This document shows, piece after piece, positions 9,673 through 17,792 of a DNA stretch of 64,000 nt. Origin of the DNA: a virus. Lineage: Duplodnaviria > Heunggongvirae > Uroviricota > Caudoviricetes. The translations under genes were made by a program, and so were the position numbers. Location of the stretch: IMG/VR virus record IMGVR_UViG_3300043451_000039, positions 1-64,000 of that record; one strand, written 5' to 3'. Position 1 is the stretch's first letter, and every line of letters begins with the position of its first letter. The notes under the pieces were generated by a model that worked only from the letters and a program-made list of their open reading frames with translations, searched no databases and had not been told where the DNA came from.

Positions 9673-9975
9673 TTAGGACGCCATTTTTAGCCCACTCAGG
9701 GCACTAGCGGAAACGACCTCGATACCCGAACCGAAGATACGGTTGTACTCATTAGCCATGTTCGTATTAGGGGTTGCCTCGGATGCGATAGCCGATGCGT
9801 ATAGAACAATGGTACTTTCGGCATATGGCATATACGGAGCAAGTCCAACACCAACACCTTTCTCAGTTTGTTGAATAACAATTGCGGCTGGATCTTCCAA
9901 TGTATATCCAAGGGCAGTCACTGCTGTTTTAGCAATAAGTTCTTCACCATTAATTAGTTTAAACACTTTAATCAT
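9673..9975 (-). CDS. Hypothetical protein (100 aa)
   Basis: ORF in track. The ORF at 9696-9911 nested on the same strand in another frame is rejected. Confidence 0.45.
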   Translation of the reverse strand: MIKVFKLINGEELIAKTAVTALGYTLEDPAAIVIQQTEKGVGVGLAPYMPYAESTIVLYASAIASEATPNTNMANEYNRIFGSGIEVVSASALSGLKMAS

Positions 9976-10217
9976 TTTAATCCTCTATCATATTTTCAAT
10001 AAAATTTGCTGCCTCATCTTGACTTTGGAAAACCTGCATAACAAATTTATCCATATCATATACGTGGTTCATCAAAACTAAAATCTGTTTGTTTTTATAA
10101 ACAGAAACCTTCAGTGTCCAATTCCCCCTACGAACTAGGAAGAATGAAATTAGATTTGGTGATAGTTTTGCTTTCATACAAGTATTTAGGGGAACACGAA
10201 GTTCCCCCATACTTGTA

Positions 10218-10346
10218 TTACATCTCTACATAATCTTCTTTACCAACACCACACTCTGGGCATTCAAAGGTATCTGGAAGTTCTTCCCATTTACCTTCAG
10301 TGACTTCATCGTGGACGTGGCCACAAACAACGCATACGTAATCCAT
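10218..10346 (-). CDS. Rubredoxin (42 aa; two CxxC pairs)
   Basis: Manual translation: MDYVCVVCGHVHDEVTEGKWEELPDTFECPECGVGKEDYVEM. Start overlaps the upstream stop as TAATG. Missing from the ORF track because it is under 60 aa. Confidence 0.7.
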   Translation of the reverse strand: MDYVCVVCGHVHDEVTEGKWEELPDTFECPECGVGKEDYVEM

Positions 10347-10795
10347 TATAAGTTCTCCAATGTTTGTTGATATGCTTGAGCATGACGCTTCTCTACTTTA
10401 GCGAGAGCAGCAAAACGCTTTTCTGCTTTAGCCAAAACTTGAGCAAATTGTTCAGCGTGTTCTTTAGATTCAGCAATCTGATCAGCAAATTCTGAACGAG
10501 CCAAAGGATTCTGTTCCAACTCTGCATCAGTTTTAAACTTTGGATACATTGTAGTAAACTCATAAGTCTCACCTTCAATTGCTTTCTGTAGGCATTCCTT
10601 AGTGGATGGCTTACCGATTAGCAACTCAAGATGACCCCACGCATGTTTGATCTCTTGATCAGCAGTATGTTCGAAATGTTTTGCAACATCTTCGAAACCT
10701 TCTTCACGAGCGATCATAGCGAAATATCGATATTTGATATGAGCCATTGATTCGCCAGCCAATGCACTCTCAAGATTTTGTAATGTTACAGACAT
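10346..10795 (-). CDS. Rubrerythrin-family (ferritin-like di-iron) protein
   Basis: 149 aa with two E...ExxH-type di-iron half-sites (ESMAHIKY...EIKHAWGH; a second pair lies C-terminal). Immediately followed by a separate rubredoxin gene. Confidence 0.7.
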   Translation of the reverse strand: MSVTLQNLESALAGESMAHIKYRYFAMIAREEGFEDVAKHFEHTADQEIKHAWGHLELLIGKPSTKECLQKAIEGETYEFTTMYPKFKTDAELEQNPLARSEFADQIAESKEHAEQFAQVLAKAEKRFAALAKVEKRHAQAYQQTLENL

Positions 10796-10884
10796 AATTT
10801 CTCACTTTGTTTTATTATGTGGGTTTGGTGGAACCTTTCCGTTCACCCAATCCCAATCGTCATCTGTCATTGGAATCCATTGGT

Positions 10885-11049
10885 TCATACCATGCTCCCT
10901 CTTCGAAGGTACGCATAATACTCACGCTCCAATTGCTCCACATGAAGCGGAGTTTGTGGGTTGTGGGCTAAAATGAATTCCTCTAGTGTTGTAGTTCTAT
11001 CACGCAATACATTACCAATTAAGGATTTAAGTGCGGATAGAAATTTCAT
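10885..11049 (-). CDS. Small ORF (54 aa) coupled by ATGA to the hsp20 stop; a 28-aa ORF follows it before the rubrerythrin gene
   Basis: Manual translation gives MKFLSALKSLIGNVLRDRTTTLEEFILAHNPQTPLHVEQLEREYYAYLRRGSMV, with start-stop overlap with hsp20. Weak support. Confidence 0.25.
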   Translation of the reverse strand: MKFLSALKSLIGNVLRDRTTTLEEFILAHNPQTPLHVEQLEREYYAYLRRGSMV

Positions 11050-11531
11050 AGGTCTTCTTCAGTTAGATACTGTTTACCTTTACCAGTCTTAACTGGAACT
11101 TTCTTTGCTTTCTTTTCTTCTGGCACCAATTGATCAAGAGCGATCTTTAGAACACCATTGAAAAGTTCAGCATCCTTAACTTCATACTGATCACCGATAG
11201 CCCACGCACGAGTGAACGCACGATTAGAGATACCTTTGAATAAGAAGTTTTCTTCTGGTTCTTTGGATTCAGCGTTACCCTTAACGATCAACTTACCACC
11301 ATCGATAGTGATGTCGATTTCGTTTTGAGCGAAGCCAGCTACAGCGATTTCGATCGTGTAAGTGTTTCCGTTCTTACGAACATTAAATGGAGGGTAGTTA
11401 GGGATATCTTTAGTCAAGTCGTCATGCAATTGCTGCATGCGTTTGAATTGGTCATCAAAGCCTACGAATACTTTATCGAAGTCCTTGAAAACATCTTGGC
11501 TAAAAAATGCTGGAATGAATGATTTTGTCAT
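11046..11531 (-). CDS. Small heat-shock protein (Hsp20/alpha-crystallin family)
   Basis: 161 aa with an alpha-crystallin-domain-like core (YTIEIAVAGFAQNEIDITIDGGKLIVKG...) and a basic C-terminal tail. Confidence 0.75.
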   Translation of the reverse strand: MTKSFIPAFFSQDVFKDFDKVFVGFDDQFKRMQQLHDDLTKDIPNYPPFNVRKNGNTYTIEIAVAGFAQNEIDITIDGGKLIVKGNAESKEPEENFLFKGISNRAFTRAWAIGDQYEVKDAELFNGVLKIALDQLVPEEKKAKKVPVKTGKGKQYLTEEDL

Positions 11532-11674
11532 AGTGATTTCTCCTATTAAGCGAGTGTAATAAAATTTGATACCCCGAAGGCGTATCAGTTGTTGCTGGTT
11601 ACTGACTCCAGCGACAGCTTAACGTACTGTCAGCTTTAAACGATTCGTAACTTAGCGGTCCTAAGGTGAATTCT

Positions 11675-11839
11675 TTAAGCAGCTGGTGCTGCAGGTTCAG
11701 CTGGTGCTTCAGCAGCAACTTGTGGGTCGCCTTGTTGTTTGATCTTCTGGATCAATGCAACAACTTCATCAAATGGGTGCTTACCCAATACACGAAGAAT
11801 AGCGTTTACTTCATTAATTTCAAGTTCAAGTTTAATCAT
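11675..11839 (-). CDS. Small ORF (54 aa) coupled by AATGA to the regA stop
   Basis: Manual translation: MIKLELEINEVNAILRVLGKHPFDEVVALIQKIKQQGDPQVAAEAPAEPAAPAA. Confidence 0.3.
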   Translation of the reverse strand: MIKLELEINEVNAILRVLGKHPFDEVVALIQKIKQQGDPQVAAEAPAEPAAPAA

Positions 11840-12255
11840 TTTGATTTTTTTCCTATGTTATATTTCGGTACTAATTCCCACTGGTCTTTCTCTTTAAAAG
11901 ATACGACCTTGATTTGCGACAGCGATGCTTTTTGATCAGCTTGCGTACTATTTAGTATCTTTAACAGATCCCAATCTTGTAGCAAACCAGCAATAGCATT
12001 TCTGCGCTCGATATCACCACCAGTGATATTCGATTCTTTACCGTCCAAAGCAAAGAGTTCTTTGAAGTGAACGATGAAATATCTACCCTGCTTATGTAAG
12101 ATATGGCAGGATTGATACAATTTGTTTTCTTTTCTGGAAGCGATCCCGATGCGGGTAAGAGTCTCACGAACCTTTAAGAAATTATCAGGTTCAGGTAACA
12201 CCACCTCAAGCATGGACTCTGGCGTCCAGTCGTAATAAATCATTTCAACAGTCAT
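11836..12255 (-). CDS. regA: RegA translational repressor; the true start may be the internal Met at 12213
   Basis: FLKVRETLTRIGIASRKENKLYQSCHILHKQGRYFIVHFKE matches T4 RegA (DFLKVKETLTRMGIANNKDKVLYQSCHILQKKGLYYIVHFKE). The 14-aa N-terminal extension is absent from T4 RegA. Confidence 0.85.
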   Translation of the reverse strand: MTVEMIYYDWTPESMLEVVLPEPDNFLKVRETLTRIGIASRKENKLYQSCHILHKQGRYFIVHFKELFALDGKESNITGGDIERRNAIAGLLQDWDLLKILNSTQADQKASLSQIKVVSFKEKDQWELVPKYNIGKKSK

Positions 12256-12635
12256 GATTTTCCACCTTTATATAGTTTTTCTTTTATCATAATCAAGTTC
12301 TCATCGGACAAAACTTTTAACGCTTCTGTCGCTTTCTCACTTGAATACCCATAATACTCTTTAACAAGTTCTAGAGATTCAGATTCAGAGTCTTTCTTAG
12401 ACCACTTACTAAACCTCTTCTTCCTTGAAATAATATTTAGGAAAAAGAAAAACTGCATATCCTTATCCAAACCTGGATGTTGGTTCATCTGGTTGGCATA
12501 GAATACGGTATCGGGGAAATACGATAACCCTCTATTTATTAGGAAAGGTTTATAATCCTTACCTGCTTGCGGATCACTCTCAAATAAATTTTCTTTGGTA
12601 CTGTTTATTGCATTTAAAAAATCAAAGGGGGACAT
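12252..12635 (-). CDS. 62: Clamp-loader small subunit gp62
   Basis: FFFLNIISRKKRFSKWSKK aligns with T4 gp62 NYLMAAVPRGKRYGKWAKL. Sits between gene 44 and regA as in T4. Confidence 0.65.
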   Translation of the reverse strand: MSPFDFLNAINSTKENLFESDPQAGKDYKPFLINRGLSYFPDTVFYANQMNQHPGLDKDMQFFFFLNIISRKKRFSKWSKKDSESESLELVKEYYGYSSEKATEALKVLSDENLIMIKEKLYKGGKS

Positions 12636-12804
12636 ATTCTTTTACAATCCATCGCGATGCGGCATCTTGTGCCTTTTCAATTGTGTGGAAAGTCTCGTAT
12701 TGAGTATTTCCAGTTTCATCATCATAAAAAGCAACGGAAAAATCTTTAGTGATTAAAGATTCAATAGACGCTGTTCGTGTTTCACTTTCATAAAAGTCTT
12801 GCAT
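12622..12804 (-). CDS. Hypothetical small protein (60 aa) inserted between gene 44 and gene 62
   Basis: ORF in track. T4 has no gene at this position. Confidence 0.3.
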   Translation of the reverse strand: MQDFYESETRTASIESLITKDFSVAFYDDETGNTQYETFHTIEKAQDAASRWIVKEYVPL

Positions 12805-12805
12805 A

Positions 12806-13150
12806 TTAAAAACCCATTTCCTTTAAATTCTCAGGCATTGCCATAAATCGTTTTCCAGGGAATCTGCTAGCAAGAACCTCTTCCAATTCTTCCTTAGTTG
12901 CTCCCTGTCCCATAAAGTCATCAGTATCATTATTAAAAACATAAAAGACTCCACTGTGTCTTTCAATCTTAATAGGGATCAACGACTTCTTATGTTCAGT
13001 CATCCTATTATCTATATCAGATTCAAGTTCTTTCAATAGAGAATCTGCTACTCGTTTAGCATGGCGCTCACGCAAGCCCCATCCATAGACAGTGCCAAAG
13101 GCAAACGCTACACAAACAATGACTGCTAGTAAGATAAAATTATCTTCCAT
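12806..13150 (-). CDS. Hypothetical membrane-anchored protein (114 aa, N-terminal TM helix) inserted between gene 44 and gene 62
   Basis: N-terminal hydrophobic segment ILLAVIVCVAFAFGTVYGW. T4 has no gene at this position. Confidence 0.4.
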   Translation of the reverse strand: MEDNFILLAVIVCVAFAFGTVYGWGLRERHAKRVADSLLKELESDIDNRMTEHKKSLIPIKIERHSGVFYVFNNDTDDFMGQGATKEELEEVLASRFPGKRFMAMPENLKEMGF

Positions 13151-13157
13151 GTTATCC

Positions 13158-14108
13158 TCACTTAAATTTGCAGTTGGCCATAATCTCGGTCAACGCAGCC
13201 ATAATATTTAGTTCATGATCAGCAACGAATGCTGCTTTGTATTGATAATCAGCAAGGACTAATACCAAAGAAGGAATACTCTCTGGAGCCATATTAGTAG
13301 TGGCTGTGTCATAAAGTTGGCGGAACAGAGCAACTGTATCTGAATCAGAATTTTTACCAACCCACTTACGAACATTGGTAAAGTCTTTTTCTTTCATAAG
13401 ATTGATTAGATCTTTGAAAGATTCCTGAGACATATTAACAAGGATGCCTGAATCAATCTTACCTGAAACAGAATATCGTTGAAGTTCATTTAGAACCCTA
13501 CGGTAATCTGGGAAATGTTTAGTGATTAATTCAGCAACAACTTTCTGATCAAACTCTACACCCTCTTGCTTGAGGATTGCGCTTGCTCGTTTGAAGAAGT
13601 TACCAAGAAGAACCTGCTTATCTTTAGCATCAATCTTAAAGTCAATACATGCGCAACGAGAATGAATCGCTTCTAGGATACGATTCTTAAAGTTACAAGT
13701 AAAGATAAAACGACAGTTAGAAGAAAACTCTTCAATGAAACTACGAAGGGCTGGTTGGGTTGAATTGGCTTGAAGATAATCAGCCTCATCAATAATAACG
13801 ATCTTTGGAGAATCAGTCAGGGATACTGTTGAGGCAAACCCCTTAATCTTAACTCGGAGGGTATCGATACCTGATTCCTCTGAGCCGTTGATCATAATAT
13901 ATTCAGCACCAATCTCATTACATAGTGCTTTGGCTACGGTAGTTTTACCTACACCTGCTGTTCCAGAAAGCAAGAAATGGGGCAACTCGCCTTGCCCGAT
14001 ATATTGTTTGAAGGTTTGCTTCAAAGATTCTGGAAGAACACAATCGTCAATCTTCTGTGGTCGATATTTCTCTACCCACAGAAACTGGTCATCACGTGAT
14101 TCAATCAT
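13158..14108 (-). CDS. 44: Clamp-loader large subunit gp44 (AAA+)
   Basis: 316 aa with Walker A GTAGVGKTT and Walker B IVIIDEAD. Position adjacent to gene 45. Confidence 0.9.
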   Translation of the reverse strand: MIESRDDQFLWVEKYRPQKIDDCVLPESLKQTFKQYIGQGELPHFLLSGTAGVGKTTVAKALCNEIGAEYIMINGSEESGIDTLRVKIKGFASTVSLTDSPKIVIIDEADYLQANSTQPALRSFIEEFSSNCRFIFTCNFKNRILEAIHSRCACIDFKIDAKDKQVLLGNFFKRASAILKQEGVEFDQKVVAELITKHFPDYRRVLNELQRYSVSGKIDSGILVNMSQESFKDLINLMKEKDFTNVRKWVGKNSDSDTVALFRQLYDTATTNMAPESIPSLVLVLADYQYKAAFVADHELNIMAALTEIMANCKFK

Positions 14109-14674
14109 AAAATAAACTCCATAATATTTGTCTTTGACATTTGATTATCAAAGATTTGACCAAGTGGTCTCAACTCATCATAATTTAAATCAATATGAGC
14201 ATGAGTCTTTTTATCTTCAACTCTTGCGTCAAATGATTTCTGTTTTTCTAGAATCAGATCTTTAACCTTTTGAACATTAACTGGGTCATGAACAAATACA
14301 ACATGAACAGGATATGTGCTGTCATCGCTATCAAACAAAGAAAAGATAAAGGCATCTGCTTTGAATGTCTTTTCTAAAGACTTTGACATATCAATCTGGT
14401 ATTTGCTACCTCTGATATTATAGTCAAGAGTCTTCTTTCTTTTCTTTGCTTTGGTTGACTTCTGCTCAATGTATGTTAAGTTTAGTTCTTCACAAGCACC
14501 ATCAGCCCCATATCTACCAGCCAACTTATAGATTGTTGGATAATGAGTTTTAAGGTAATGGAATGTTAAGACTTCACGCCAAGCATAATTATCAAAAGGA
14601 TTATAATTGTATTCTTTCTTGAAGGCATCAATTGCCTCCAAGATATGAATTAGATCCTTTACTTCTTTTGACAT
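14105..14674 (-). CDS. Hypothetical protein (189 aa) inserted between gene 45 and gene 44
   Basis: ORF in track with 4-nt overlaps to both neighbours. No GIY-YIG or HNH motif seen. A weak D...E.K pattern (GADGACEE...IEQK) might indicate a PD-(D/E)xK fold. Confidence 0.45.
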   Translation of the reverse strand: MSKEVKDLIHILEAIDAFKKEYNYNPFDNYAWREVLTFHYLKTHYPTIYKLAGRYGADGACEELNLTYIEQKSTKAKKRKKTLDYNIRGSKYQIDMSKSLEKTFKADAFIFSLFDSDDSTYPVHVVFVHDPVNVQKVKDLILEKQKSFDARVEDKKTHAHIDLNYDELRPLGQIFDNQMSKTNIMEFIL

Positions 14675-15330
14675 TAGAAGTCGAAAGAAGAATCTGCTTC
14701 AACTGCTACGTAATAAACCAAGTCACCATTGCCTTGGAAGCGAGAGATTTTCTTAGAAGAAACACTCACAGTATAGTCACCTGGAATCATCTTCAAGTTT
14801 TCAACCTTTAGATGAACAGTAAACTTCTTGTCAGTCTCACCAACTGGCTCTTGGAAAGTATTACCAGTAGCATTCTTTTTATCACCAACAACTGCGACAA
14901 CCTTAGAACCATCACCAACGATAGTCAAGTCAGAAGCACGAAGAACACCAGCAGTCTTACGAATCATATCAAGCATGCTTGCTGTAAGTTTGAATTCGAT
15001 TTCTGCTTCAGGGAATGTAATTGCTTTTTGTGGAGCAGTCAATACACTTGCTTCTGCGGCAAAGTATTTAATGCTACGATCGCCTTGTTTGATAGTAACA
15101 AATTTCTCGCTGAAGTCCAACTCTGGATCTTCGAAGATTGACATTGCGCCCAAGAACTCATTGAGGTCATAGATACCGAAGTCAGGGAAGGTTTCAGTAA
15201 CAGTTGCGTCAGCCATTACATTCTTTTGAGCAGAGATAGTGGCAAGTTTGTTACCAGACTTCAGCAAAAGATTGCTGTTAATCCCAGCAAAGTTTTTGAT
15301 TAGACCGATGGTTTCTTTACTTAGTTTCAT
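14674..15330 (-). CDS. 45: Sliding clamp gp45
   Basis: MKLSKETIGLIKNFAGINSNLLLKSG matches the T4 gp45 N-terminus MKLSKDTTALLKNFATINSGIMLKSG. Length and C-terminal ...VAVEADSSFDF also match. Confidence 0.9.
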   Translation of the reverse strand: MKLSKETIGLIKNFAGINSNLLLKSGNKLATISAQKNVMADATVTETFPDFGIYDLNEFLGAMSIFEDPELDFSEKFVTIKQGDRSIKYFAAEASVLTAPQKAITFPEAEIEFKLTASMLDMIRKTAGVLRASDLTIVGDGSKVVAVVGDKKNATGNTFQEPVGETDKKFTVHLKVENLKMIPGDYTVSVSSKKISRFQGNGDLVYYVAVEADSSFDF

Positions 15331-15372
15331 TTAGATTTCCTTTTTCAATTAACATAATAATATGTATAAAAC

Positions 15373-15401
15373 ATTATACCCCAAAACGGGACACAAAGCA
15401 A
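15373..15401 (-). promoter_or_regulatory. Sigma70-type early promoter upstream of gene 45: -35 TTGCTT, 17 bp, GGGG, -10 TATAAT
   Basis: Reverse complement reads TTGCTTtgtgtcccgttttggggTATAAT. Confidence 0.45.
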
Positions 15402-15409
15402 ATTTATTT

Positions 15410-15925
15410 TTACCAATCACTACTTGGTCCAGAGTCTGACGAACTAGAACTATAAGAATCGCTTGAAGAAGAACTCCAAGAACTAGAACTATCCATAGAA
15501 CTAGAGATAGACTTGCGACTATCTGGGTCATCAAACCCCCAAGAAGATTCTGATTTAGAAACAGAAACGCTTGGTTCGGATTTGTGTGAGATTGAATTGA
15601 TAACATTATCAATCAACATACCTGTTAACATACCATTCACAAAACCATCATCAGTACTTTGAGCTGGTGATGTTGAATAGGAAGGGGCATTTGTTACAGT
15701 AGTTTTCGCAGGTTTAGATGCAGTTGAAGTAGCAGGTTTTACTACTGGCGCTTTCATTTTTTGGTGCATCTCTTCACGCCATTTACGAGTGGCTTCAAGT
15801 TGAAGTTTTCTCTCAGCCATTTCTTCTTCGTCTTTCTTTTGTCGCCATGTAATTATTTTGGAAAGGGTGAACCAGAAGGCACCCACCAAAAGTAGAATTA
15901 CTACGATTGCGAGGATGTCTTCCAT
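15410..15925 (-). CDS. Membrane protein with N-terminal TM helix, coiled/charged middle and a Ser-rich C-terminal tail
   Basis: 171 aa: ILAIVVILLLVGAFWFTL TM segment, a KR/E-rich stretch, and C-terminal SSSMDSSSSWSSSSSDSYSSSSSDSGPSSDW. Immediately downstream of the SPFH gene. Confidence 0.5.
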   Translation of the reverse strand: MEDILAIVVILLLVGAFWFTLSKIITWRQKKDEEEMAERKLQLEATRKWREEMHQKMKAPVVKPATSTASKPAKTTVTNAPSYSTSPAQSTDDGFVNGMLTGMLIDNVINSISHKSEPSVSVSKSESSWGFDDPDSRKSISSSMDSSSSWSSSSSDSYSSSSSDSGPSSDW

Positions 15926-15926
15926 G

Positions 15927-16733
15927 TTACTTACCTTGGTTTACAGAAACAACTGGCTGAGCACCTTGGCCAATGATCAGAGTTTGTCCCTTGAAGTTTG
16001 AGATAGCCTTTGGCATTTCACGGAGATACTCAGCTTCAGATTCAGCTTTCATCAAAGGAATCATAGTAGGGTTGGCTTGCATAGATTCATTACGCTTCTT
16101 AGCAGTAGCAACCTTAATCTCTTCAGTCTTCAGTTCGTTCTTCGCTTTAACCAATTCGTTGGCAGAAGCAACGATAGAATCAGCAGGAACAATATTACGA
16201 ACCAAGACTTGAGTAATAGTGATAGTTCCATCCAGCTTCTCATCAGCCAAAGTTTTTGTCACAGTTTCTTTTACGAACTGCTCAATCGCTTGACGATTGT
16301 CGCCCATATCCAATGCTTCGTATTGACGAGCAGCTTTGTAAATAGCATTACGAGTAGCATTGAAGATGTAGTTATACATCAGGTAAGTATCGCCATTGTG
16401 ATTAGCGTGGAACGATTTGTTCTTTGTATTATACAACTCAGCAACTTGCGATTGGTTGATGTTGTAAATAAGGATAGCGTCAAAGTCTTTCATTGTGCTA
16501 TTATCTTTGGCTTGAGGGGTCAAGTCATCGATCTTCACCGCAACTTCTTTAACAGGGAAAGTCATAACCGAACCAACGAGGGTTTGGTTAAATGAACCTG
16601 GCAACAGTTCCTCATTCTTAACCTGTTTGTCAAAGCCGACTCGCAAGCCAACTTCACCAGTTTCAATTCGAGTACAGCCAGTAGCGAGAGCCAACAGACC
16701 AACGATCATACCAATTTTCAAAAACGATTTCAT
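15927..16733 (-). CDS. SPFH/band-7 (stomatin/prohibitin-like) lipoprotein
   Basis: 268 aa with a lipoprotein signal (LLALATGC lipobox) followed by a band-7-like core and a C-terminal coiled region. Confidence 0.7.
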   Translation of the reverse strand: MKSFLKIGMIVGLLALATGCTRIETGEVGLRVGFDKQVKNEELLPGSFNQTLVGSVMTFPVKEVAVKIDDLTPQAKDNSTMKDFDAILIYNINQSQVAELYNTKNKSFHANHNGDTYLMYNYIFNATRNAIYKAARQYEALDMGDNRQAIEQFVKETVTKTLADEKLDGTITITQVLVRNIVPADSIVASANELVKAKNELKTEEIKVATAKKRNESMQANPTMIPLMKAESEAEYLREMPKAISNFKGQTLIIGQGAQPVVSVNQGK

Positions 16734-16742
16734 AATATTTCC

Positions 16743-16919
16743 TTAGAATAAAACAACGATACCAATAACGATAGCAAAAGCAATGATTGCTGTCACCAAA
16801 CTATACAGACCAACCTTGATCATGTTCAGCTTCAGTGACATTGGTGAATGCCAGAAGAAACTGATTCCAACAAATACGATTGCCCATACAGCAAGGAATG
16901 CTAGAATTCCTCTAATCAT
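16743..16919 (-). CDS. Small two-TM membrane protein (58 aa) immediately upstream of the SPFH gene
   Basis: Manual translation: MIRGILAFLAVWAIVFVGISFFWHSPMSLKLNMIKVGLYSLVTAIIAFAIVIGIVVLF. AATGA overlap with the upstream stop, and an AAGGA RBS 6 nt upstream of the SPFH ATG. Confidence 0.4.
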   Translation of the reverse strand: MIRGILAFLAVWAIVFVGISFFWHSPMSLKLNMIKVGLYSLVTAIIAFAIVIGIVVLF

Positions 16920-17296
16920 TTCTTCTTACCTTTCCAAGCAACGAATTCTTTTACAAGTTCTTCATGCTTAGCAGCAGAGCAATACAAAGTCCATTCACGA
17001 ACAATGTCTTTATAGGTTACACGCTGTTCACCATTCTCACCTTCAGTGTGAACTGCTGGCTCAGATAACATATAACCAAGAATTGTTTTTGGAATACCAT
17101 TATCCCAAACACGCTCAATTGAAAACACTTTCATTGCGTCCCAGTCAACAGCAAATGAAGCAGTTTCCATTTCACCAACAAGACGCTTCTGATATGCGTC
17201 ATTGGCAAACTTCAGTCGTTCATTTTCTTTCTTCAAATCTTCCAATTCCACTTTTAGATTTGAATGAGTAATAGGATTAATACCGAACAAAAACAT
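16916..17296 (-). CDS. Hypothetical protein (126 aa)
   Basis: ORF in track; first gene of the SPFH operon block. Confidence 0.45.
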   Translation of the reverse strand: MFLFGINPITHSNLKVELEDLKKENERLKFANDAYQKRLVGEMETASFAVDWDAMKVFSIERVWDNGIPKTILGYMLSEPAVHTEGENGEQRVTYKDIVREWTLYCSAAKHEELVKEFVAWKGKKK

Positions 17297-17631
17297 TATA
17301 CATCCTTAGAATATTTTACATCATGTTCATACAAGAACATCAAACAACACATGGCGTGAGCCAAGTGATTCTTACCAGTCTCAGGGTCATTCTGCTCACC
17401 CTCTTTCCATGCCCAAAGATGACGCTGCATCGCATCAAAATATCTACGCTTCGAGTCAGGAACAAATTTCCAATTATCTGGTTCATATTTTTCAGCACCG
17501 AAAGTCAGAATCTCTGCTGTCGCTCTCAATGCTAGTGGCGGTAGCAAACCATACTGTGGCTTACCACCATCAAACTTTCGCCCACCTGTTGTGGCGATTT
17601 GTGACGCTTTAACTTCTTCTGGAGTTGCCAT
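17296..17631 (-). CDS. Putative dATP/dGTP pyrophosphohydrolase-like (phage NTP-PPase) domain protein
   Basis: 111 aa. The pattern KFDGGKPQYGLLPP...LTFGAEKYEPDNW...HLAHAMCCLMFL resembles the phage dATP/dGTP diphosphohydrolase N-terminal domain family. Motif recognition only. Confidence 0.35.
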   Translation of the reverse strand: MATPEEVKASQIATTGGRKFDGGKPQYGLLPPLALRATAEILTFGAEKYEPDNWKFVPDSKRRYFDAMQRHLWAWKEGEQNDPETGKNHLAHAMCCLMFLYEHDVKYSKDV

Positions 17632-17742
17632 TAATCCTCCGCCGATTCAGCTTTGTTTTTAAAACATAGGATTGCTCTGTAGATCAAACCAATCATAACT
17701 GCTAAAACAATTACCGCAATAAATTCAAACATATAATCTCCA

Positions 17743-17782
17743 TAACAAAAATGAATCTGGATACTTTCCAATATCCAGATTC
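17743..17782 (-). terminator. Rho-independent terminator (minus strand) downstream of the HTH gene
   Basis: 11-bp perfect inverted repeat GAATCTGGATA/TATCCAGATTC with an 8-nt loop, followed on the minus strand by ATTTTTGTT. Confidence 0.45.
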
Positions 17783-17792
17783 AAGTGCTCAA

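Noticed and set aside
9977-10210. 77-aa ORF read through the extended hairpin at 10177-10217
   Set aside because: The N-terminal 46 codons run across the rubredoxin terminator-like hairpin. At most the C-terminal 31 aa (MNHVYDMDKF..., 9977-10069) could be a real micro-gene coupled to 9673-9975.
9500-10230. Search for tRNA genes in structured intergenic regions (9500-9672 and 10080-10230)
   Set aside because: No GTTCRANYC T-loop, no acceptor/D-arm arrangement and no 72-76-nt cloverleaf could be built by eye. A tRNAscan/Infernal run would be needed to exclude them formally.
15349-15612. 87-aa minus-strand ORF overlapping the 5' end of the Ser-rich membrane protein gene and the gp45 promoter
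   Set aside because: It is an alternative frame of 15410-15925 and runs across the promoter and the gp45 upstream region.
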